Assembly: GCA_029936315.1 (NCBI GenBank)
Contig: JAPYTD010000008.1
Span: 5,443-69,442 of the forward strand
Origin: Planctomycetota bacterium
GTDB lineage: Bacteria > Planctomycetota > UBA1135 > UBA2386
Direction: 5' to 3'
DNA length: 64,000 nucleotides
How positions within the stretch are numbered: the stretch's first letter is position 1; each line of letters starts with the position of its first letter. Positions 9,934 to 17,382 of this stretch are shown here, piece after piece. The notes below the pieces were generated by a model that was not told the origin of the DNA, ran no database searches, and worked only from the letters and a program-made list of their open reading frames with translations. The position numbers and the translations under genes are program-made.

Positions 9934-11081
9934 GTGCCGATCATCGCAAGCGAGGTTTCTGGGCTGCGATCTTCGACGATCGTTACCGCAAGCTGGTGGC
10001 CGTTGGTCTCGCCGTGTTGCTCTGGTGGTTCATCAATGGTCGCATCACGGATTCGTGGACGCTGCCGATGGTGTTGGTAGCCACGGATGCCGAACAGCTT
10101 CAGCAGACAGATCGCATCAGCAACCAGCTGTCTGTGTTGCTGCCATCGGGTGGGCAGGTCGTATTGAACAAGTTCTTCGATCGCGACAAAGAGATCAAGA
10201 ACGTCAAGGTGACGTTCTCAGGACCGCGCGATGACATCGATGCACTTCGTGAACAGGCGTTTGTGCCGTTGGAAGTCGTGAAGCTACTGGATCGCGGGTG
10301 GAAGACCGGTGGCGTCACTGGCGGCACCAACCCGGAGGTGGATATCGAGAACGTCGAGTTCACGGCCGAGGATATCCGGCGTGCCTTCCGGCGCGATGAC
10401 GTGACGATCGAGCTTAGCCCGCCGCTTGTGCGGGTCGAAGTGGTGATCCGCGAGAGCATCTCAGTCCTATTGACTACCAAGAATGTGCGGTTCAATACCG
10501 GCGGTAACGAAGAGCGTGTGCGGCCGGATAAGATCAGTTGGCAGCCGCGGCGAATGGAAATTGTTGGCCCGGCGATCGCGATGGGAAACTTGGACACTGA
10601 AAACCAGTTCGTGTTCCAAGCGGACTTCAGCATGGATCCAGCTGACACCGAGGCTTTTGCGGAACTGAAGATCATCGGCAGCGATACAAACGGCATCTAC
10701 CCGGTTGGTACGGTGGCGACGGTGACGATCCTGCTCGAACCTGAACGCAAGCACTACCAGTTGACCCTGCCGCTGCGGATCAACGACAAGCGCACGAATC
10801 CTACGACGTCGTATGAGATCGAAGAGAAGAGCCTGGATGTGGATTTGAGCTTTGCCGGTGCCCTTGCTGTCACGGCCCAAATGGAGAAGCTAGACTTGCA
10901 GGGATGGGCTGCGAGCAACTTCAAACTCGAAGTCAACATCACCAGTGATGCCGAGGGCGAAGAACTCGATCTGCAGCCCTTCCTGGTTCCGGACGGTGCG
11001 ATCTTGGCCGAGGACAAGTACAAGCACTCTGACTACAAGTTGCACCTGAGCCGTACGGTGATTGTGCGCAAGAAAAAATGA
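9930..11081 (+). CDS. cdaR: CdaA regulatory protein CdaR (YbbR-like domain protein)
   Basis: ATGA overlap with cdaA. It has an N-terminal TM (LVAVGLAVLLWWFING) followed by a repetitive beta-rich body, and it sits between cdaA and glmM. Confidence 0.65.
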   Translation: MSADHRKRGFWAAIFDDRYRKLVAVGLAVLLWWFINGRITDSWTLPMVLVATDAEQLQQTDRISNQLSVLLPSGGQVVLNKFFDRDKEIKNVKVTFSGPRDDIDALREQAFVPLEVVKLLDRGWKTGGVTGGTNPEVDIENVEFTAEDIRRAFRRDDVTIELSPPLVRVEVVIRESISVLLTTKNVRFNTGGNEERVRPDKISWQPRRMEIVGPAIAMGNLDTENQFVFQADFSMDPADTEAFAELKIIGSDTNGIYPVGTVATVTILLEPERKHYQLTLPLRINDKRTNPTTSYEIEEKSLDVDLSFAGALAVTAQMEKLDLQGWAASNFKLEVNITSDAEGEELDLQPFLVPDGAILAEDKYKHSDYKLHLSRTVIVRKKK

Positions 11082-12424
11082 GCACCTTCGAACCGGTCGC
11101 CTTCGGCACAGATGGATTACGTGGTCGCGCCGGCGAACCGCCCATGGAGCCCGAGTCGCTGCGTCGTGTTGGCGCGGCCCTCGGTGTGTTGCTGCAGCGC
11201 GAAGGAGATGGTTCGCAACGGCGCGTGCTGATCGGCAACGACGGTCGCGAGTCGGCGTCCTGGATCCTCGACTGTCTCGTGCAGGGTCTGATGGGTGCCG
11301 AGGTCAGTGCGCACGATGTCGGTCTGGTGATGACCCCGGCGCTCGCGCTGCTCGCGAAGCACGAACCGTATTCTGCCGGCATCATGATCAGTGCCTCGCA
11401 CAATCCGGCGCACGACAACGGCATCAAGATCTTCGCCGGCGATGGCAAGAAGCTCAGCGACGAAGATGAATCGGAGCTCTCGCTGCTCGCCAACGAACTC
11501 CGGCCGAAGGCACCGGGCGAGCCGCGCATCAAGTCGGTTGCTAACTTGACGCTTCGCTACGAAGAGATCCTCGGCGAGCGTTTCCCCAATCTCGATCTGA
11601 CCGGCAAGAAGATCTGTATCGATGCGGCCAACGGCGGTGGTGCCGTCATCGGGCCACGCCTGTTGCGCACATTCGGCGCAGAGGTGGTGGAGGTTGGTTG
11701 TGAATCCGATGGCTTCAACATCAACGAAGGCGTCGGCGCGCTGCACCCCGAGAACCTGTGCAAGGTCGTTCTGGAACACGGTGCAAGTTTCGGCATCTGC
11801 TTCGATGGTGATGGCGACCGCGGCATCTTCGTCGATGAGAAGGGGCAGGTTCAGGATGGCGATGCCGTGCTCACCCTGTTCGGCGCGCGCATGCTCGCCG
11901 CTGGCACGTTGCCCAAAAACACCGTTGCGGCGACCGTGATGAGCAACCTCGGTATGCATCATGCGTTGCGCGCGGCTGGCGTTTCTGTGCATACCACTCC
12001 GGTCGGCGATCGTCACGTTGTGCAGGCTATGCGCGAGCATGGCTTCGCCCTCGGCGGCGAGCAGTCCGGCCACACCCTGTTCACAGACCACGAGCTAATC
12101 GGCGATGGTCTCTACACTGGCCTGCGCATTCTGTCCGAGGTCGGCGACCAGGCGATGAGCGAGGCGTTTGCCGCGTTCCACCGATTCCCGCAGAAGTTGA
12201 TCAACGTCGCCGTGTGCGACAAACCGGACTTGTCGACGATCCCGGTGATCGCTCAGAAGCAGCAGGAAATCGACGAGCTGCTCGGCGAGAACGGGCGGTT
12301 GCTGTTGCGTTACTCGGGCACGGAGCCGAAGTGTCGGGTGATGGTTGAGGCGCACGAGCGTGAGCTGTGCGAGCGCCTGTGTGATGAGCTGGCTGCGTTG
12401 ATCCGAGCGGAGCTTGGTGCGTGA
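11078..12424 (+). CDS. glmM: Phosphoglucosamine mutase
   Basis: FGTDGLRG, active-site SASHNPAHDNGIKIF, FDGDGDR and GGEQSGH motifs. ATGA overlap with cdaR. Confidence 0.92.
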   Translation: MSTFEPVAFGTDGLRGRAGEPPMEPESLRRVGAALGVLLQREGDGSQRRVLIGNDGRESASWILDCLVQGLMGAEVSAHDVGLVMTPALALLAKHEPYSAGIMISASHNPAHDNGIKIFAGDGKKLSDEDESELSLLANELRPKAPGEPRIKSVANLTLRYEEILGERFPNLDLTGKKICIDAANGGGAVIGPRLLRTFGAEVVEVGCESDGFNINEGVGALHPENLCKVVLEHGASFGICFDGDGDRGIFVDEKGQVQDGDAVLTLFGARMLAAGTLPKNTVAATVMSNLGMHHALRAAGVSVHTTPVGDRHVVQAMREHGFALGGEQSGHTLFTDHELIGDGLYTGLRILSEVGDQAMSEAFAAFHRFPQKLINVAVCDKPDLSTIPVIAQKQQEIDELLGENGRLLLRYSGTEPKCRVMVEAHERELCERLCDELAALIRAELGA

Positions 12425-13086
12425 GCATCCGGCTTGCGGTTAGCGGCAGCAACTTGACTGGCGACGTGCCGTTTTCCGCGGCGTTGGTGACCGATGCGGG
12501 TACCAGCGTGCTCAGCTCTCCCGCTGGCGAACGCGGTGATCTGGTGCGCTTGTGTTCTACGCTGTGCGAGCAGCAGAGCATCACTCCTGATCAAATCGAG
12601 CAAGTGCGCATCGATGTTGGTCCCGGTTCGTACACCGGGCTGCGCGTGGCGGTGACCTTCGTCAGGTTCTTGCAGGCGTTTGGTCCGGTCGCCGTGCAAG
12701 CGGTCGACAGCCTTGCGGTCTTGGCGTTGCATGCCAGCCCGCATGCCGAGGAAGGCATGTGCGTGCGCCCGATGCTGGATGCCAGGCGCGGTCGCTACCA
12801 CACGGCGAGGTTTGCGTTGCAAGGTGGCCAGTTGGTCGAACTCGAAGGATCGACGGCAACCAACACCGAGCAGGTTCTGGCCATGCTGACACCCCGCGAG
12901 CGCATTGTCATGCCACCGGCACTCGCCGAGCAGTTGGCCGAGACCTTGCAAGAACGGCAAGCGCAGGTCGTCGTCGCACGCGAGCTGACTGCCGCGGCTT
13001 TGTTGTCGGATCGGCTGCCGTGGTTTGTCGCCAAATCCGAAAACCTTGAGCCGCGCTACCTCATGGCGACCTACGCAGAAGACTAG
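12421..13086 (+). CDS. tsaB: tRNA threonylcarbamoyladenosine biosynthesis protein TsaB (YeaZ-like)
   Basis: IDVGPGSYTGLRVAVTFVRFL motif. GTGA overlap with the glmM stop. Typical size of about 220 aa. Confidence 0.65.
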   Translation: MSIRLAVSGSNLTGDVPFSAALVTDAGTSVLSSPAGERGDLVRLCSTLCEQQSITPDQIEQVRIDVGPGSYTGLRVAVTFVRFLQAFGPVAVQAVDSLAVLALHASPHAEEGMCVRPMLDARRGRYHTARFALQGGQLVELEGSTATNTEQVLAMLTPRERIVMPPALAEQLAETLQERQAQVVVARELTAAALLSDRLPWFVAKSENLEPRYLMATYAED

Positions 13087-13088
13087 CT

Positions 13089-13610
13089 ATGCGCGTGTTC
13101 CGAACGATCTGGCTGCTACATCGGTGGCTTGGTGCCACTGCTGGTGTGGTGCTGCTGTTGACGTCCATTACGGGGATCTTGCTGCTGGTCAAGAAGGACT
13201 ACGCGTGGATCCAGCCGGGTACGATGCAGTGCGCCGAGGGCACGGTGGCAGAACTGCAACCGCTAGCCAAGGTCTACGAAGCCGTGTTCGCGCTCGACTT
13301 ACCGCAGTTCCAGAGCGAAGCGGACATTGCGCGCATCGACTTCCGACCGGGCAAGCGTTTGCACAAGGTCATCAGTGTGCACGACCACGTCGAGGTGCAG
13401 GTTTGTGCCATCACGCTGAAGACATCGGGGCCCAATGTGCGCCGCAGCGACTGGCTCGAGAGCCTGCACGACGGGTCGTGGTTTGGCGGCTTCATGCATG
13501 ATCGCATCATGCCGCTGGTTGCCCTGATCGTGCTGTTCCTGGCGAGCAGTGGCTACATCATTTGGCTCTACCCCAAGTGGAAGAAGTGGCGCAAGCAGCG
13601 CCAGGCGTGA
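13089..13610 (+). CDS. PepSY-associated TM helix-like membrane protein
   Basis: N-terminal RTIWLLHRWLGATAGVVLLLTSITGILL and a C-terminal TM resemble PepSY_TM proteins. It starts 2 nt after the tsaB stop. Confidence 0.45.
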   Translation: MRVFRTIWLLHRWLGATAGVVLLLTSITGILLLVKKDYAWIQPGTMQCAEGTVAELQPLAKVYEAVFALDLPQFQSEADIARIDFRPGKRLHKVISVHDHVEVQVCAITLKTSGPNVRRSDWLESLHDGSWFGGFMHDRIMPLVALIVLFLASSGYIIWLYPKWKKWRKQRQA

Positions 13611-13679
13611 ATGCCGATGATGACTCCGGCTACTGGTGGCTGTGCGGCCGAGCTTGCAGTTGCCGTCGTTGCTGACGCG

Positions 13680-14720
13680 CTAGCCGGGTAGCCACTCTGG
13701 TGGGTAGAAGGTGAGCGTGACCAGCGTACCGTTGTAGAGGAAGTGCATGAGCATGCACGGGAGCAGGCTGTTGGCGCGTTCGCGCAGCCAGCCGAGGTAG
13801 AGACCGAGGCCAAGGTGGATCGGCAGTACGGCCGGTTGGCCGTGCACGACCGCAAAGGCACACGCGGTGACGATGAAACCAGTGGAACGGCCAAACAGCG
13901 CCATCAGTCGGCCCTGCAGCATGCCGCGGAAGATGATCTCTTCGAGCACTGCCGGCGTGACGGCAACCACGAACACGCTGGCTACGAAGCCGAGGCTCTC
14001 GGTAAGGCTCTCGAGGCCGCTCTCCGCCTCTGGGGACATGCGTTTGAGCATCAGCATGTAGAGCGTAGCGATGCCCACTGAAATGGCGGCAACGCCAACA
14101 GCTTCCGCAATGTGACGATGCGAGGCACCGCGCAAGCCAATGCGACCGTAGGGGCCTGCCCACGCGATGATGATCGCAACGAGTACACCGGACAGCAGGC
14201 TCGCGAACGGCAGCAACAGACTGAACTCGCTGTTCTCGGCGAGCAGCAGCGCACCAAGTTGCGGGCCGAGCAGTGCGGCCATCAGGAAGACGAACTCAAG
14301 CAGCGTGCGGTTGGTCCAGCGCGTGCGGTTCGAATGGCTGGCGCGGCGCATGGCACCCGGTGCCAGCGGCGCGTCGGTCGGCATGGCAGTGTAGATCACA
14401 TCGCCCGCGTCCTCGGGCACCTTGATCAGACCGTGCTCGTCGACTGTAGTCTGCTGCTGAGACCTGAGGCGCTCACGGGGCGCACCAGGCAGGTGAGCGT
14501 CCGGGCCGTTTGCGATCAGGTTTGCCGGTTGTGCTTTGCTGGCGGTACCGGGAATTTGTAGCCATCGATCACACGAACAGCGAAGTCGGAAGCCGCGCAG
14601 GCGGTCGTGGATGCGCCAATGTGTACGGCAGGCAACACACGACAGCTCGATGCACTCGTCGTCGCCCATCTCGCGGCCCGCGGGCCAGGTACGGATCGGT
14701 GGTTCTTCGGAGTCGTTCAC
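13680..14720 (-). CDS. CPBP family intramembrane glutamic endopeptidase with N-terminal Cys-rich zinc-ribbon-like domain
   Basis: CPBP motifs EEIIFRG, FAVVHG and MHFLYNG are all present, with multiple TM helices. The N-terminus has CIELSCVAC...RLRCSC. Confidence 0.75.
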   Translation of the reverse strand: MNDSEEPPIRTWPAGREMGDDECIELSCVACRTHWRIHDRLRGFRLRCSCDRWLQIPGTASKAQPANLIANGPDAHLPGAPRERLRSQQQTTVDEHGLIKVPEDAGDVIYTAMPTDAPLAPGAMRRASHSNRTRWTNRTLLEFVFLMAALLGPQLGALLLAENSEFSLLLPFASLLSGVLVAIIIAWAGPYGRIGLRGASHRHIAEAVGVAAISVGIATLYMLMLKRMSPEAESGLESLTESLGFVASVFVVAVTPAVLEEIIFRGMLQGRLMALFGRSTGFIVTACAFAVVHGQPAVLPIHLGLGLYLGWLRERANSLLPCMLMHFLYNGTLVTLTFYPPEWLPG

Positions 14721-14724
14721 CGAG

Positions 14725-15672
14725 TCACTTGCCCGAGCTGAGCGCCAGCGTTAGGTGGTCGGCGGACATGTGGCCGGGTAGTTTGACCTCGACCGAGCCG
14801 TCCGTGTCGGTCAGCAGCAGGCGCAGTTCGCTGCGTGTTTCGAACAGTAACTTGCCGTCTTCCTGCCTGAGCTGCACGAACAGTTCGCCACCGTTGCCGA
14901 CGAGTTCGCAGGCGGCTCGTGTGGTCAGGTCCTCGCTGGCGTCGCGTCGCGCGACCAACGCGTCGGGCGTGTCGGGGTAGCCATCGCCACGCGTCAGGGT
15001 TGCGTAGTAGTTGCCCCACGAGCGCTTCAGTTCGACCGTGAGCATGTCGCCGAACGGCCCGCTGTCGGTAGTTACTGCCTCCGCGCGCGCCGCCATGACG
15101 CGCTGCATCCAGCCGGATTGCCACGCGAAAATCAGGCCCGCGATCAACAGCACCGGGGCTAGCCACAGAAGCTCGCGACGGCTTAGGCCGCCCGGAGCTT
15201 TGACGCCCGCACCGGGCAGTAGTGGCACGTCCTGTGCGGCTTTGGGGCGCCTTCGCGTGACCGGCTCGATGTTGTGGCCCCGCACGATGAACAGCGTCTC
15301 CGCAACGTCGTCGGCGTAGATCAACTTGCAGCGCAGGTTGGTTTCGATGCTGCTTGGTTGGGCCGCGTCGGCGACGGCTTGCAGGCGGTCGAGGAAGTTG
15401 GTTTGCGCGGCGGCATCAAACGCGGCTGCAGATACTTGCGTGTCGACCGGCAGAACCGTGAAGCGGCCGCCGCTGATGTCGACGCGGAACGAGCCAGCGC
15501 CACACAGACCGAGTTCGTTGACTGCTTGACGCAGTGTGGCTTCGTCGAGCACGCGCCCGTCGAGGATGCCTTCTACTTGCAGTGACTGCGGCGCATCGGC
15601 ATGCGGTTGCCCAAGGTCGGGATCTTCAGGTGGCGGGGGGGGCGGCCGGGGCGGTGGTTGCGACTCACTCAC
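14725..15672 (-). CDS. Hypothetical single-pass membrane protein with Pro-rich N-terminus
   Basis: 315-aa ORF with 4-nt overlap to the upstream gene. It has PPPRPPPPPP at the N-terminus and a central TM (LLWLAPVLLIAGLIFAW). I recognise no family. Confidence 0.5.
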   Translation of the reverse strand: MSESQPPPRPPPPPPEDPDLGQPHADAPQSLQVEGILDGRVLDEATLRQAVNELGLCGAGSFRVDISGGRFTVLPVDTQVSAAAFDAAAQTNFLDRLQAVADAAQPSSIETNLRCKLIYADDVAETLFIVRGHNIEPVTRRRPKAAQDVPLLPGAGVKAPGGLSRRELLWLAPVLLIAGLIFAWQSGWMQRVMAARAEAVTTDSGPFGDMLTVELKRSWGNYYATLTRGDGYPDTPDALVARRDASEDLTTRAACELVGNGGELFVQLRQEDGKLLFETRSELRLLLTDTDGSVEVKLPGHMSADHLTLALSSGK

Positions 15673-16232
15673 GAAACGTCTCCGCGGAACTGCTTAATGC
15701 TGTTTAGAGGCACCCAGTCGTCCATGCCCTGGCTCCACACCAGCGAGTCGCCATCGATTGCTTCGGCCTGCAGCAGGTGACGCATGGTCTCCATGGTTAC
15801 CGGACCCTGGCGTTCGCCGTCGCGCGCGTAGAACCACTGGTCACCGTCGGTCAGCTGCGCAGGGGTAGCGGTGTGCGCCAGCTCGGGCGGCTTGGAAGTG
15901 TCGAGGCCGAGCGCCTCGTCATGTGCACCGAGGCGACGATCGACGTGGCCCTGGCGCTGGTCCGAGACTTGCCGCTCCTTGTTGAGTTGTTCGCGCAGGC
16001 GGCGGTTCTCAAGAGAAACGCGACGTTCGCGTTCTTCCTGCACCTTCAGATCAGGTAGCACCAAAACCAGGATCAATCCCAAGCACGACAGGATCAGCCC
16101 CACGAAGAACCAGCCAACCGCACTGCGACCACGGCCTGCCGCGACAATGGCGCAGATGATTCCGAAGAGCAGGCCGCCACCAAACTGGACGGCCATGAAC
16201 GAGTCTTCGGACTGGGCAAGGGACAAAAGCAT
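15669..16232 (-). CDS. Membrane protein with C-terminal GYF_2 (DUF4339-like) domain
   Basis: Two N-terminal TM helices, a charged coiled segment, and a C-terminal WFYARDGERQGPVTMETMRHLLQAEAIDGDSLVWSQGMDDWVPL (GYF_2-like). An alternative start is at 16196. Confidence 0.6.
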   Translation of the reverse strand: MLLSLAQSEDSFMAVQFGGGLLFGIICAIVAAGRGRSAVGWFFVGLILSCLGLILVLVLPDLKVQEERERRVSLENRRLREQLNKERQVSDQRQGHVDRRLGAHDEALGLDTSKPPELAHTATPAQLTDGDQWFYARDGERQGPVTMETMRHLLQAEAIDGDSLVWSQGMDDWVPLNSIKQFRGDVS

Positions 16233-16239
16233 GGATCGG

Positions 16240-16725
16240 TTAACTCCCTAAGGTGTAGCGAAGCGCCCAGCCAAGTGCGATGGCGGCGACGAGGGTCAGG
16301 TAGCCCGCGCGGCGGAGCTTCTGATGGCCAGGCAATACGCGGCCGCCGCGAAGTATGTGCAAATGCAGCAAAGCGGCGGCCGGTAGCAGGGCGGCGATGA
16401 CAATTCCGCCCGGGTGGTAAGTAAATGCGCTGCTCAGATCGCCTTGCAGCGCGGCGCAGGTGGCGCGAACGAGGCCGCAACCGGGGCATGCGATCGGTCC
16501 CAGGCACGCCTCAAGCGGGCAGTGTGGGCCGCGCACGCCAAACCACGTCGCGGCGTCGGGGCCGACAGAGGCGGTGAAGCCCGCGGTCATGGCCAGGGCC
16601 GAACCGGACAACCACACCCACGACCAGCGCAGGCTGCGCGGTTCCCCGTGATTTGGTTTCTGGTTCGATCCGTTCACACCGAGATCACAGGAGAACTCGG
16701 ACTCTGGTGCAAGGTTCGCGCTCAA
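16240..16725 (-). CDS. DUF2752-like membrane protein
   Basis: CPLEACLGPIACPGCGLVRATCAALQGDLSSAFTYHPGG matches my recollection of the DUF2752 core (CPxCGxTRA...NP/HP). Confidence 0.55.
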   Translation of the reverse strand: MSANLAPESEFSCDLGVNGSNQKPNHGEPRSLRWSWVWLSGSALAMTAGFTASVGPDAATWFGVRGPHCPLEACLGPIACPGCGLVRATCAALQGDLSSAFTYHPGGIVIAALLPAAALLHLHILRGGRVLPGHQKLRRAGYLTLVAAIALGWALRYTLGS

Positions 16726-16756
16726 GTGACCACCGTCCTAGTCCGACAGAACGGTT

Positions 16757-17179
16757 GTGGACGCCCGAGTCGATCCCCATAGTCCCGTGCCACCGAGCCA
16801 ACAGCTCGTGGCCGCGGTCTTGGATGCGATCGCCACGGGCGAGCTTCTGGCCGGTGACAAACTGCCATCGGTGCGGGGTTTGGCGAGTGAGGCATTGGTG
16901 AATCCGAACACGGTGACCAAGGCCTACCGGGAGTTGGAGCACCTTGGTGCGAGCGAAGGCCGCAATGGATCTGGGGTCTATGTGACCACCGAAGGGTCCA
17001 AGGTTGCGAAGGGCATCCGGCTCGCTGAGACGCTCGATGCGTTTCGCGCGGTAGTGTCGTTTGCGCGGTGTGCGGGTCATGAGGAGACGATGCTGGGCGA
17101 CGTGCTGCAGCAAGTGTTTGGGGAAGGGGAGCGGGGAGAGCAGACGCGGTCGCGCAGGCCGCAACGGAGCAAAGCATGA
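16757..17179 (+). CDS. GntR family transcriptional regulator, short YtrA-like subtype
   Basis: The winged-HTH GDKLPSVRGLASEALVNPNTVTKAYRELEHLG is a GntR signature. Size is about 130-140 aa. GTG starts are possible at 16757 or 16787. It is divergent from the DUF2752 operon. Confidence 0.8.
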   Translation: MDARVDPHSPVPPSQQLVAAVLDAIATGELLAGDKLPSVRGLASEALVNPNTVTKAYRELEHLGASEGRNGSGVYVTTEGSKVAKGIRLAETLDAFRAVVSFARCAGHEETMLGDVLQQVFGEGERGEQTRSRRPQRSKA

Positions 17180-17382
17180 CGGTTCTGCAGGACGGCAAGC
17201 TGCATCAGCACGGCACGCTTGCCGAAGTGTTTGGCGAAGACGAGCCAGCACAAGTGCCTAGTGGCTTGCAGCAGGTGTTGGCGACGGCGGCGCAGCGTGA
17301 GGAGTTGTCGGTATGGATCTGGCGCTCAACTGCGGGAACCGCACCGTGCTGTTCCCGCACCGATGACGGTCGCAGCGATCGG

